This document shows, piece after piece, positions 22,901 to 35,600 of a stretch of 64,000 nucleotides of DNA. Source of the stretch: Haliotis rufescens (Eukaryota); the NCBI RefSeq assembly GCF_023055435.1, contig NW_025963879.1, positions 22,816,001-22,880,000 of the forward strand. Direction: 5' to 3'. The notes under the pieces are model-generated. The model did no database searches. It was given only the letters and a program-made list of their open reading frames with translations, and was not told the origin of the DNA. The stretch's first letter is position 1. Every line of letters starts with the position of its first letter. Made by a program: the position numbers and the translations under genes.

Positions 22901-25900
22901 ATAGGTCTTTAGCAACCCATGCTTGCTGTAAAAGGCGACAATGCTTGTCGTAAGAGGTGACAAACGGGATCGGGTGGTCACGCTCGCTGACTTGGTTGAT
23001 GCATGTCATCGATCCCAATTGTGTGGATCGATGCTCATGATATCAATCACTGGATTGTCTGGTCCAGACCACCGTCATATGTGCACAACAAAAAACAAAC
23101 CAACCAACTGAAGAAAAATAACAGGATTTTTCTGGTCTATGAATAGCTGATTTTTAATGACTGAAAAAAGGCTAAGACATTTATAACTTATAATCTCCCA
23201 TTTCATCTGATCATTTTTTGTCAGATATCCCGTTTCAGCCAAGTTCATTATTTTCAGTCAGCAATTGTGAATGATATCATTATCCATCTCAATTAAAGAT
23301 GTGTAATATAAGTGAGTGTGGTGTTTGTGTAGTCTGCTGCGAGTCCAGACCCATGCGCTGCTGTGTGTCAACAACATCCTTAACACCATGTCCGCCGATG
23401 CTATGGGTGGGCTGCTGCCACTGCACAAGATGTGGGACGGGCTGGTGCAGCTCTCCAACTCAACACAAGGTGGGTAGCACAACCAGGTGGTTCTTGGTGG
23501 GGGGTACGAGGTGGTGCAGCTCTCCAACTCAGCTCAAGGTGGGTAGCACAACCAGGTGGTTCTTGGTGGGGGGTACATGGTTGAGGAGCTCTACAACTCA
23601 ACACAAGGTGGGTAGCACAACCAGGTGGTTCTTGGTGGGGGGTACATGGTTGAGGAGCTCTACAACTCAACACAAGGCGGGTAGCACAACCAGGTGGCTC
23701 TTGGTGGAGGGTAGGAGGTGGTGCAGCTCTTCAACTCAATGCAAGGTGGTTATTGCTACATGGAGGGGTCGCCTAGTGGTTAACGTGTAAGCTTGTGCCA
23801 GTCCATCATTTTTTTAATTCTGCTGGAAGAGATGTAGAACCTACCTTCCTCAGATTCTCCCTGAATCACTCACTTGGATGCTAAGAAGTATTTATTTCCC
23901 TCACTTCTGGTTAAATGGGGACGACATGGATCAACTGTCAGTCTCAGTGACTTTGTTGATTGCGTGTCATCGTTCCTCTACCGTATGGGACAGTGCTCAT
24001 TATATCAGTCCCAGGTTGGTCTGTTCCAAAGTACAAAACAACAAAACTGAGAAACAAGTAATTAAGACAGTGATAATGAACATCCAACTGCCAAATGAGA
24101 TAACATACAATGTTATGGATTACAACTTCTGGTTAATTGCATTAGCAACGTTTCGATGTAGATTCTACATTTCAACATAGCTAATGCTATAAGCCAGTAG
24201 TTGATGTCCATAAAGTTGTATGTTTTCTTTCTTGAGTATTATGCTGCCTATATTGAATGAAAAATGCACACACACACATGTGCATGTGCACTCGCACGCA
24301 CGCACGCACACACACATACATACACACATTGCTATATAAGTGCAGTAATCTTGAATGCCAGTGATAAATCCCCTTTGACATCACCTGTATTGAATGATGT
24401 GATAGATTACACGCTCTGTTTCAGCCAAGTCTCACCTTGACCTACTGGAAGCAGTGACCAGCGCCATGAGAGCAGTCATGCAGAAACTGGCCCAGCTTCA
24501 GTCTCCCAAGGTGAGGGAGGGATAGTCTTCACTTTCAGTGTTAATGGCTGCTTGTGTCATGTACAGTGTTCAAAATAGACATCGGCCCGTAGGTTTAAGG
24601 CCAACAGATTTGTTCTCGGGCTGATAGTTTTAAATTTCAGCAGGCCCATGTTTATTTTAGTATTTATCTATTAAGCATTATTTAAGTAATGTGATAAACA
24701 TAACTTTCATATTTATAAACAGTAGGATTAGACCTTTCAAATGTTGTATGACATGTAGTCATAAAGATGTTTTACAAGCTAATAATTTCCTGATAAATGA
24801 AGGTTTCATCACCACCCCATCTCTGGGAACTCAGTATGATAGCAGTAAAAGCTTCTGGTGGACTTTTGTAATTTATATTGCAAGGGTATGTCTCCCTGCT
24901 TCAGCTAAAATGTTTGGGCCTACAGTTATTTCTAAATGTGCTGGCCCTTAAGGCTCTCAGTTTTATCTGCTGAGTTTCAGACACTGGTCATGTATGCAGT
25001 ATGAAATGTATGGCAAAGACTCATTTATTGAACAGTTACATTGATGAGGATGATGATGATGGAATATTGCTGACTGTGGCTTTGAAGAAGCTCCACTAAC
25101 TCACTCACTTACTCATTCTTGTTTCAGTTCTCTGAGATAACAATCGCTGACCTGCAGTTCCTGTTCGCCCTGAGCCACCAGGACGGTAACGCCAATGTCC
25201 GGGTGAACGCTGTTCGCTGCGTGGCCACTATTGGCGGACTTCTAGCCAAACTGTCATCACCACACCCACTGCTGAAGGTAGGAGGACATGCGAACTCACT
25301 TGCACTGAGATGATTTCAACTCCCGTACCTTAACATTCAAGTGGGTCCAGGGCCCCTTACACAGAGCAATCATGGCGCTAAAGTACTCACGGAAATGAAA
25401 AAAACTGTTTTTTCGATCTCAGATTTTAAATAAATGCAGTTAATATACAAAATATATACATTTTCAAACAACTCAATTAGCACAAATACAGCGTATCAAA
25501 GGTTTTTATGTCTTTTTACACGTAAAAGTGTGTAAAAATATGAACAAAACAGACTGTTGTGAAACTGAGCATAACCAGGTGTTGGTAGATCAAGGTGAAT
25601 GTCCATGACCTATGACACCTTGACGACAGGTGAAAACAGGTGCTTGAAACCCACCCACGTGCATGTGATTTGTCAGTGGTTAGTGATTTGTGAGTGGCAT
25701 TGTGGGATGGTGAATCATCGTCAAAATATCAGAACGTAAAAGTAACATATTCCCTTCTCAAACAACAACTTATATGTCATTATTATTATGTACATAAACA
25801 TAGCTGTTATTTTTATTGTTGTTTTGATAACTTTTTTCCAGACTAATTTGCATAATGCCTATGTCAATTTGGACTTAGTTTTATTTTTGAATGTTGAAAG

Positions 25901-27841
25901 TGCCTACAAATTACCTCCTGTAAAGTACATTTTGTATTAAGCACTGAGATAAAACTAGCAAATCCAGACTAGTACTTTTCCATTTGTTTTGTTATTTCGT
26001 ATTTACATCTATGTAATGCTTTGTGTCGGTTATTAAATCCAGCAAAACAGTTGTTTTTTCATTTCCATGAGTACTTTAAGACGATCATCACAATCCATAC
26101 TTTAAGACCGACTTTAAGTCGCTACAATCAGTTTGTGGACCATGGTCTTTGCCTCTTTTCTGAACTGGGAGACAAAGTGGAGTTTAAGGCTCTTGAATCA
26201 GAATTTGCTGAGACTCTCAAACAGTTAGAGCCCAGACACCCTTTAAATAACAGATATCCAACTTTTCAGACCAATGGGGATGCATTAGTGGACATAGTGC
26301 TGACACCGTATTCTTCTGTCAAGGAAAAGGGGTACTCAGATGTTTGTTTATCTGGTAAGGGAGGGTTTGGGGAGTTATTATGCATATTACAGGGCAGAAT
26401 AGGCCTTCATGGCCATTTGCTTTCTTGTGGCTTCAAATGTTGCTCATGCTTTCAACCACTGGTTTATCTGGTCAGTGATGGAATATCTTATTTGGGTTAG
26501 AAATTGATATATTTAGTTTCACTAGTCTTCATCAGTGATCTCGACAGAGTTGCCATCTACCTATTGATTAGAGTGGTAGTCCACAAGAAAAGTCCCAAGT
26601 CCTTCCTCGTCGCGGACTAGTGGATTTATGTTAATTTCAAACCAGACCTTGAAATGGCTGGCGCATTGCTGAATTTGATGTTAAACAATATCCACTCATT
26701 GCCTCACTTACCCACCTCAGACAAAACACATTTGACTGTATGTCTGAACATTGCGATTGCCAGGACATAGGACATTTCCTGTTGGAGGTGATCGGACGTG
26801 ACCCGGAACTCTGGGTAGTGGCAGAGGCCTTGGACTCGGTATTTGACGTCTTCGCAGAGGATCATATTGACCCTATCGTCCGGGAGATAGCCCTGGTTGA
26901 AAAGCTGAGGAACTTCAGACCTATGCTGACATCACGGGTGAATATACAATGAATACTAAATCAAACCCGACTTGATTATTAACAGGCCACCATCATATAG
27001 CTGGAATATTGCTGAGTGCAACATTAAAAAAAACACACACAAAACACTTGGAACCCCTGGTTAGCTATGGATGTTGCTCTGGTTGATCTTGTGAATAATC
27101 TGATTCCCAGTTCACATCAAACTGGTTCAGCTCTGCTGTGGATGTTTCATTTGTTAAAGTACTTTCCAGGTCTGTCATCTATGACATTTCAATTGACTGT
27201 GCAGAGTTACGTCCCTTATGCACGCCAGAATCCTATGATCATTCCCAGATTCAGCCTGACTATGTTTCTAGGTTGGTCAGCACAATGGTGATAAATACCC
27301 AAGACCTGCATTGCTTAAGGCTTTCCTCCAACATCTAGCTGATATGCTCAAAGTGGGGTTAAATCTCTCACTAACTCACTCGCTTGTTAACGTACCCCTC
27401 ATCATTAATGATTCATAATATGCACCCCTTGGAGGAATCCTGGTTAGATATGATCCCCGTATGATGGTCGTGAAAAGTGACCAAATGGATTGGGTGGTCA
27501 GGCTGGGCGACTTGGATGATGGCATGTCATTGTACCCCGACAGTGTGGATCGTTGTTCACAATATAATCACTGGATTGTCTGGTCCAGACTCGATTATTT
27601 ACAGGCCATCTTCATTTCGTTGGAATGTTGCCGAGTGTGGTGTTAAACAAAAAACAAAGATGATATGCAAATGTGGAGCTATGTGTGTTGAGAGCTGTTA
27701 TGTAGTTGTGTTCTTGGTCATCCATTTCTTTTTCTGCTGCAGATCAACAGCGAACGAGGGAGACTTGGAGAACACCAGGCTCTCATCAGCATGGTCCGTA
27801 CCAATCTGAAACGATTCATCGACTACAAGGCCTCACGCTGA
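10905..27841 (+). CDS. HEATR3: HEAT repeat-containing protein 3 (Syo1 orthologue), 17 coding exons, 636 aa
   Basis: Exons 10905-11042, 13838-14010, 14504-14591, 15400-15503, 16821-16930, 17857-17997, 18368-18498, 19216-19260, 19666-19762, 20586-20677, 22190-22252, 22756-22838, 23333-23469, 24425-24510, 25128-25277, 26764-26937, 27743-27841. All are GT-AG and phase-compatible, summing to 1911 nt. Recognisable motifs: MGKSKKKKF...PTGL, GALRNLSVSGG, AQQTSLEIIANLC, DDDWED, SPLC, LWVVAEALDSVFDVFAE, NLKRFIDYK. Confidence 0.93.
11307..11712 (-). mobile_element. tRNA-derived SINE family C (V-SINE-like) with a partly duplicated head
   Basis: Minus-strand tRNA head (tggtccagtggttgagcg...gggttcgatcccc), core resembling the V-domain (ggctcggagtcagtgtactgtgtctgagtgggg) and a (cacct)n tail. 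Homologous to 60872-61215. Confidence 0.75.
12447..12732 (+). mobile_element. tRNA(Leu-like)-derived SINE family B, full length
   Basis: A box tggcccagtcgtctaagg, B box gggttcgaatccc, (actc)n tail, TSD actatgtagtaga (12434/12733). Near-identical copy at 18604-18885. Confidence 0.88.
12831..13110 (+). mobile_element. SINE-like family D without tRNA head (gacccgtgaagatc...gtcgtaagaggcgactaa core, (aaac)n tail)
   Basis: Roughly 15 or more full or partial copies. Plus strand: 14647-14890, 15120-15300, 22878-23105, 27424-27655, 31033-31240, 31295-31485, 33000-33190. Minus strand: 38005-38230, 46310-46512, 46930-47140, 50125-50365, 52770-53007, 56100-56310, 58385-58594. Confidence 0.85.
13985..14297 (+). 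repeat. 29-bp tandem repeat spanning the HEATR3 exon 2 splice donor
   Basis: gag|gtaa recurs at 14011 (true donor), 14040, 14069, 14098, 14127, 14156, 14185, 14214, 14243 and 14272. Confidence 0.93.
15702..15871 (+). mobile_element. Short tRNA-derived SINE family A
   Basis: A box tagcctagtggttaaag, B box gggttcgaatccc, (tcac)n tail, 13-bp TSD tgtttgctccagg (15689/15872). Confidence 0.9.
16215..16730. mobile_element. MITE with about 30-bp TIRs and 8-bp TSD (hAT- or P-like)
   Basis: tcttcccgaggcaagagagttaactgact ... agtcagttaactcccttgcctcgggaaga, flanked by tttagggt / tttagagt. Confidence 0.8.
16916..17716 (+). repeat. 34-bp (distally 30-bp) tandem repeat spanning the HEATR3 exon 5 donor
   Basis: Unit cagccatagcagtag|gtaggtacatggtctatgt. 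Its first 15 nt equal the exon end. Confidence 0.93.
18604..18885 (+). mobile_element. SINE family B copy
   Basis: Near-identical to 12447-12732; TSD tatgttccag (18594/18886). Confidence 0.88.
19315..19440. repeat. Imperfect (TGTC)n microsatellite
   Basis: tgtc/tgta/tgtg runs. Confidence 0.85.
20030..20530 (+). repeat. Degenerate 14-bp tandem repeat (gttcccagg core) just upstream of HEATR3 exon 10
   Basis: gttcccagggtcga / gttcccaggtttgt units ending about 55 nt before the acceptor at 20585. Confidence 0.88.
23444..23750 (+). repeat. 69-bp tandem repeat spanning the HEATR3 exon 13 donor
   Basis: ggtgcagctctccaactcaacacaag|gtgggtagcacaaccagg...; donor copies at 23470 (true), 23539, 23608, 23677 (GC variant) and 23746. 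Confidence 0.92.
24564..24986. mobile_element. hAT-type MITE
   Basis: Ends cagtgttcaaaat / gtttcagacactg; perfect 8-bp TSD gtcatgta (24556/24987). Confidence 0.85.
25386..26071. mobile_element. Tc1/mariner-type MITE (TA TSD) nested in an older small palindromic element
   Basis: TIRs ctcacggaaatgaaaaaaactgtttt / aaaacagttgttttttcatttccatgag, with TA on both sides. Confidence 0.8.
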
Positions 27842-29334
27842 AACATCACCACAGTCAAATCTATTGATGCATGACAAAACTTATTGCAGAATCTTACTAA
27901 TCTCATTTAAAAAGTATGCTAAGATTCTCTGTGGAGAGAGTCCTTCACAGACACAGGATCGTCTTATTAACTATACCATCTTGTACCTGGAATATTGCTC
28001 AGTACTGTGCTAAACAAACAAACTTATAAACTATACATTCATGAATACCTCACTGAGGGTACTGTATGATCAGCAGATAGACACCAGATATATTGTTTTT
28101 TCTTCTGTATTCTTAAGGTATAAGTGTGCCAGGAAATTACGATCGTGGATTCGAATCCAAGTCTTCCCTGATAATGTTGCTGGGTGTGTCATCACCATAC
28201 CCATGCTCATGGGTTTCACCAAAGTGGTAAACGTCTGAGACCTGCATCACTTCGGGCGTTATTCCCGCACCAAGGGGACATGCCGTGATATAACTGAAAT
28301 ACTGTTCACACTTGCTCACTTTCTACACAATATTTCAGTTATACTTCTTGTCCATCTATCTTAATGAGGTTGCCTTGAAATGTTGAGGAAAAACAATACA
28401 GGAGTTGAAATGCCTATAACTTGTGTCTCCATGACAAATTGTAAATGTCAATGAAAGACCTGATCCAGGAACAGGTTGTGATGACTCCAAAAAAGTAGTC
28501 TTCACACAAACAAGTACTTGTGTGTCCGGTAAACATGACCCATTATTTCATTTGTGATGCCGACATTTTCATCACTTCTGTAATTATTCTTTGTGAAAAC
28601 TTACTGTAAAAACATCCCATTAGGCTATGGCTTTTTTATAGTAAGTGCTGAAAGTAACGATTTGCTCGCTCTGCACATAATGGAAAATGATTAATCACTT
28701 CAGTGGCTGCATATTTGCATTGAAATATTTATTTTTAAGGGAAAGTGTGAACCTGAATATCTGCTAATCTATGTTTCATATGGTTGTTTTCTATAAAAGG
28801 ACGAAAGTCATGAAGTCATGAAATGATCTCAGTCATGTCAGTCATGTTAGGGTCTGTGCATAAATAGTGTTTTCATTTAGTATAAGAAATAGTGATTTAC
28901 TTAAGATCCAACCAAGTATTGACATAGGACCATGTGTATTTAGAGGTGTAGTGTATTTTCTGATCGTCCAACTGACAGGTATGCATAATACTTCAGAAAC
29001 CTGTTCCACAAACTGTCTGGTATGTTACCGTGGACAGTCCTTGCTTTGTGGAACGAGAGCTAGACCTTCAAGATTTGGGGGATTGTGGTAAATGTTTCTA
29101 GACCTATCTGAATGACAAGTCCTTCATGGTTGTTGAGTTGAATGGGGGTTAATACCGCATTCAAGATTAAATAACTTCTAGAACAACATGCATGGATGTG
29201 TCTGTATGGCTGCTTGTACTAGCCCAGCCTAATGCTGGTTTCATAGTGCTAGCATTTTTGAGATACCATGGTGCAGTTTAACATGCAAACCCTTCTCAGA
29301 CACAGTATACCAACTACAACCTGACCAATCATTA

Positions 29335-29677
29335 CCGTATTCAACGTAATAAGCGGCCCGCTCTAATAAGCGCCCACTGCGATATTTGCTAACATATTGG
29401 CTAGTGAACAATCCCAATTAGCACCCCTTACCAATTGATCAATATACACAAGACTTTTGTATTCGTGTATAATACGTGTGTTATATGCATCCTTAATTGT
29501 GGGCAATTAGATTCTGGAAAAATACATCTGTCGTATATAAACATTTCAGGCTGTCAGCATAAACCACGAAATTTACGATCTTTTAACCCTGTTGTTTTTC
29601 ACCAAAATAATATTCTAATAAGAGCCCCCTATTTCTAATTGTGAGAGTGCCCTGGGTGCTTATTATGTCGAATACGG
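29335..29677. mobile_element. pogo/mariner-like MITE inserted in a degenerate family C SINE (29135-29816)
   Basis: ta|ccgtattcaacgtaataagc ... gcttattatgtcgaatacgg|ta. Confidence 0.8.
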
Positions 29678-30404
29678 TATTTAATCACCTAAATGCCAAT
29701 CAAAATTCAGGGTAACAAATATATCTATTACCATCATTTGGTATGATGCGGACAGGCGATTGAACCAGCAACCTTTTCCCTGGGCAGACACTATCCACTG
29801 GAACACCGAGGCGGTCCATTCAGAGTGAATCAACCCTATGCCACTCTGTGTACAGAATCGTCATAATTGTCCACTGTTGCCTTACATTCTGGTCAGGGAA
29901 ACGGAGCTGGACAATTCAGGCCACCAATTTTATTTGTCCCTGTTTCGTGTTTTGTCAGGGACCGTTGGCACCGCATGTCTCCATACTTCTAAAGGAAGGG
30001 CATTAATCGTTAGCATTATTCTGAAAATAATCTCTTTTATGAAATGGCCTTGCAGTTGATAATCTTCAAAGAATGTATTATTACAGTATGGATTGATGGT
30101 TTTACAATTTTATCTTGTTAGCATTGTTTTTACACATACACTCGTTATGTGATTTGAGGTACTGGTAATGCCTTAGGGTCTATCAGCTAAGTCAAAACCG
30201 ATCAAGCTCTGAAACCTAATTAGGCGCGTTGTTTTTTGTAAATTTACTTGTGTCATGAACAAGAGGTTAAACAGCAAGACCGACGAGACAAGCTTAACCA
30301 ACAGTGTTTTTTAATTCTATTTTTCATCCTACCAACCAGGACTATATTTTTTTAACTGTAAACCAAGAAATTAAAGATCACGACTCGCATGTTCTCCATA
30401 ATTT

Positions 30405-30545
30405 CAGTGGTATTTACAGACTGGGGGCATGCTTAGAGTGTCTCATGCAGCATGTACGAGCCAGTGGTATTTACAGACTGGGGGCATGCTACGAGTGTCT
30501 CATGCAGCATGTACGAGCCAGTGGTATTTACAGACTGCGTGCCTG
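30405..30545. repeat. 57-bp tandem repeat, about 2.5 copies
   Basis: cagtggtatttacagactg at 30405, 30462 and 30519. Confidence 0.85.
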
Positions 30546-32181
30546 CTTTAAGGATGCAGTTTAAGGTTGACAGTTCAGTTAACTCGAGGGGTAAGGATGT
30601 TGCCATTCCCTTGTGAAGCATTACACTGGATCCTTTGTACATGAACCATGTATAGGAATTGTTTTGTGAATGCAATAAAACCTTTCCCAATGTGTTTTGT
30701 ATTGTCTCATGGACATATTGATGACCTTTCCCAATGTGTTTTGTATTGTCTCATTGACAATGGGATGGGAGGATTTCAAATTGACCTCAGTTAGTGAACA
30801 CACCATTACATACCAAAACATGACGATGGGTCATTTCAACATGTTGGCCCATTGCTAGGGAACAATCTGCCACAAGAAATCCGAGAAACAGAAATCTGAC
30901 ACACTTTAAAAGACACTCAAAACCTGAGTCTTCAAGAGAGCCTTTGACAAGATCAATCAAGACCTGAGCGCATTTGAGCAGCTGTTAATTAGGAAATGCG
31001 CTATATAAATTCTTAATTTACTATCTGCCAGCACCTGTGGGGATTCTGGGTTAGACTAGCTCCCAGCAACCTATGCTGGTCATAAGAGGCGACTTAATGA
31101 GTAGTGTGGTCAGGCTCGGTGATTTGGTTGATTATCATTGTACCTTACAGCTTGGATTGTTGCCCATAATATCAATCACTGTAAAGTCTGGTCCAGACTT
31201 GATTATTTACAGGCAGCCATCATAGCTGGGATGTTGCTAAGTGAATAATGCAGTGATATGGTCATATCTTGCTTCATCCTTCACTGATCAGCAACAAGTC
31301 TTCAGCAACCTGTGCTTGCAGTTACAGGCGACTTAGATCGGGTGGTCGGGCTTGTCGACTTGGTTGATGCATGTCATCGTATCCCCATTGCGTTGATTGA
31401 TGCTCATGATATCAATCACTAGATTCTCTGGGCCATTATTTACAGCTGGAATATTACTGAGTGTGGCCTTAAACAACAAAGAAACAAATCTTATTAACAA
31501 TAAAACAATAAGATACCTCATGGCAAGTAGGCCTCAGAGGGAACACTGAAAACAAAATATGTGTATGAATGTTTTATTTATGATGTTGATATTGCACATA
31601 TCCACACTGACATGATATATTTACATTTTTTATCCAATTCAATAAGTTACGGCAGCGTGAAGTACGAGATGACATTCAGTTATGACCAGCATCACAACAG
31701 TTGTCCTCGGAGACGAATTTATCCTGGGAAGCAGTGTACATGACATTGGAATGTGAATCTCACAGTTTCAGACCACTGACACAAGCATCCCTTCCAGCAC
31801 ATTATCATCATGCCACACTTTTATTTTTATTTATTTTCAGATTCAACCATATGGTCAAATAATTTAGGATTTATTTTGTTTGCCATCTGTAATTGGTCAA
31901 ATGCACTGCATATGGGAAGAAGGCCTTTGTGGACATCCATACAACTTACTCTATTGAATACCTTGTGACCAAGCAACAAACTTGAAACATTTGTTGGACA
32001 CGAAGGGAGGGGGTGGAGAGGGCACTGATAGGAGCAGGGCACGTAATATGGCGAATAAGCCACCCATGTTAATTGAAAGGCAAAGAATCTGTAAACCATA
32101 AAATATAAACAGTGCGGCTTAGGGAACAAGGAATTAATGTAACAGTAAATAAACCACTTGTACTGCATGCCATCAATAAAA

Positions 32182-32497
32182 TGATCACACAAGGCTTTAA
32201 AAAAATAAAGTCTTGGTTCTCAGGCACTCATCATAAAGTTTGCTACATGTTTCTTTTTTATTTCTGTTTCAAAAAAATCAAAAAAATAATCCTAAAGTCC
32301 AACGGTAGTCAAATACTGCATTCCACTATTTATTCATCAAGGAATACATTTATGTAGGGAGGCCCTTTCTATTGTTGATGCTACACTACTGTTTATTTAG
32401 TTAAATACTAGTTTGAACAACAACAAAACACCGCCCACCTGCACTATATATTCAAAAGCCATTGCCTGAGAACCAATCTTTTTATTTTTTTAAGCCC
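32182..32497. mobile_element. Dispersed MITE-like repeat (also at about 34885-35155 and 52105-52440)
   Basis: Imperfect inverted ends ggctttaaaaaaataaag / ctttttatttttttaagccc and a shared interior tcatcaaggaatacatttatgtagggaggccct. Confidence 0.7.
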
Positions 32498-32697
32498 AAG
32501 GGTTGTATTTGTTGTATCACCACATTGGCACATTCAGGATAGACACACAATGTGTAAGAAACAAGTTCTTCCCATTCTATTTTGTCCCCTTATAGGTTGC
32601 CACCAGTATGTCTTAGTTCTGTGTGGATTGTGTCTTGTGAATGGCTCATCAAATTATTCTCTTGTCTCTTGAAAGTTCCACTTTGTCCCAGCTCACT

Positions 32698-35600
32698 TCA
32701 ATCATTGATCACAGTGGACCCCACTGTACTTTCATTTTGAAAACACATCAACTGGAACTTCATGTGGGATTTGAATTTGTTCAGAAGTCCTTCCATGAAT
32801 CTGAAACAGAAATACATCTTGGAGAAGGACAATCATATGAGGATCAAGGGTTTCTAAGAGAGATCAAAATTTTGAATTCTTAACTTCAGTATGTAGGGCC
32901 TCTGGCATTTGTCGTAAAGTTTGAGTTGGAAGACAAAGTGCTGGTTGTGTGAAATGAATTAAACTTGTACCAAGTCTGACCGCTCATCAACGCCCCTATA
33001 GATCCAGGTTAAAATTCGTCTTCAGCTTGTCGTAAGAGGTGGTCAGGCTGGCTGACTTGTCAACATATCCCAATTGCATAGATTGACGCTCATGATGTCA
33101 ATCACTAGAATGTCTGGTCCAGACTCTATTATTTACATACTGCATCATACAGCCGGAATATTTCTGAGTGTGACATTAAACAACAAACAAACGGTCATTA
33201 ACACCATAATGTGACACATCACTCACTTCTTGTCTTGTCCAGACAGTTGGGGAACACAGGCAAGGGCCTCCTTGAAACTCTTGCTGTTGGGAGTTAGAAA
33301 AGGCCAATGTTCAGACTGACATATATTCCACAAAAATAAAGTTACGTATAAAGTTGAATAAAAACAACTATAAGGAGCCCTTAAGTCCCTGAAAAGGAGC
33401 TGAATATAGGATGCTACAGCTGAGATGGGGGTGACTGTTTTCATACACGATGATGGGTTTGGCAGTGTTACACATCCTGTACTTCTGATATGGATCATAA
33501 CACTTGAGTATTCCTGCTTAACATAGTAATTTCTATATCATCAGAAATAACTTTCATACAGATACCAAACCTAGTGACACAAGGTCCATGGAATACTCAG
33601 ATGTTTGAAAAATTCTGCAAGTGGTCAAATACTATTTCAAAGAAATCCTAATGACTGTTGAGAACTACACAATTTCTTCTGAAGAGAGAGTATTGTTTTA
33701 CACCACTTTTTAGCAGTATTCCAAGAATATCACACTGGGGGACAGCAGAAATGAGGTTCCGAGATTGTAAAATGTTGGGATTCAAACCTGGTCCTTTGGT
33801 GTGAGCAGGGAGTGCACTAACAACTATTGTTTTCCTGAACACATTGTCAGTTGAAGGGTTTGGACACTTGTACATAACACTGTTTGCATGACGGTATTAG
33901 CTCAGTCGAAGCCAACCAAAGTTTATGATCCAAAATGGCTTCCACAGGAGATATCACAACAATGAAATTGCATCACAATGCTTTGCAGACCATAGTGACT
34001 TCGTTAGTTACCATGATGTTACCATCAAATGACATCACTAATAGGGCTGAGACAGTAACTTGGGTACTTGGGTCGGGTGGGTACTGAGTTGGACCCGGGT
34101 ACCCACAGGACTACCCGGACCCATGGTTAGTCACATGACATATATTGTTTAATGACAAAAATGATCTGGAACTCTATGATTACACTACAAGTCACTAATG
34201 TTCACATTTCTTTCTGACTTTGCACCCACTCCTTCTGTTTGAATAAAGATAAAACTTCAGTCAACTTCAGTGTGTGCATGACCAGATAGTTTTATATGTG
34301 TATCTAAACACATTTTGTCTTGGGCTACGGTCAAACTATTCCCAATTGGACATTTTGTACCTATCTCTTGAGACCTACAGCGGGTACCTGGGTAGGGTCG
34401 GTAATAGGGGGTTGGTAACCGGGTAGTAAATCTGGGCTCGTCCCAGCCCTAATCACTAATCTTTAAACACTTTTAAACACTTACTGACTCATGTTGATAT
34501 TTTTATTTTGAAAAGTCACTTGCGTGAGATTCTCTGTACATCATTGCTATAATGATGGATATGTTCTTTTCCTGCTTGCTGTGTGAACACACAGGCTGAG
34601 TGCTAAATCTGTTGACAGATTGATGTCAGCATATCTGTAATCTGTGGCAACATGGGATGATCACCTACCTGATTTTTTCCGTCTTGTAAACATCCACTGT
34701 GTCTTGAAGTGCATATAACTCCAGTCTTGCCTGAAACAGGTTCGTATTATCTTGATGGACTGCAGACACCTCTAAATGATATATACATGTCACGGCTAAT
34801 AGACAGAAATAGCTGCCATATACAAAAACTGAGAAAAGAAAAAAGTGAAAGCTTGAATAATACCATCAATAAAGTAAAAATCTAAAGCTAAAAAAATTAT
34901 AATCTTGGTTCTCACTCACCGTCCCCATCATCATAAAGTCAATGCACATTTCATTTTTATTTCATTTTTCTTTTTTTTAAATAAAAAAATCTTTAATTAT
35001 TCCCCGTCTCGAACACACAACCCTGGCAGTGACATGCTACAATACTTAATAACAACATGATTTCACCAAAATTATTGTAAGCAAAACTTGGTTACATTCT
35101 AGTTTGAACAACAACAACAACACAAAAACCACCTGTCTACACAATATTTTCAAATCACAAATCCCGATCTGGAGTCTAATTATAATCATATAACCAAATT
35201 TCTACAATGCAGTCGGATTTGTTTGTTGCTAACACAGCACTCAGCACTATTCCAGCTCTATGATGGTGGCCTGTAAGTAATGGTGTCTGGACCAGTGGTT
35301 GACATTGTGAGCATCCTCCCATACTGCCGTACAATGGCCACCTGACCCAAACAGTAGCCTCTGAGTTGGAACTATGCTAACCCACATCCCCACAGGGTTG
35401 AGGCAATATCAGATAAATAAGGCCGGATATTATTTTTTGTTGGTTAATAAGACCAACCAACTAAAAAGAACATGATCAGAAAAAAGAAAATCTGTCAACA
35501 GTTTTACAATTAGGTCAAATGAATAACCCACAAGATTTCCTCCCGCTTCTCGTAAAAATGGTGAATAATACATAAACAAAAACATTCTAACAAAAAAAAA

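Noticed and set aside
26021-26500. 159-aa ORF in HEATR3 intron 15
   Set aside because: Starts inside MITE sequence, has no recognisable domain, and is not needed for the gene model.
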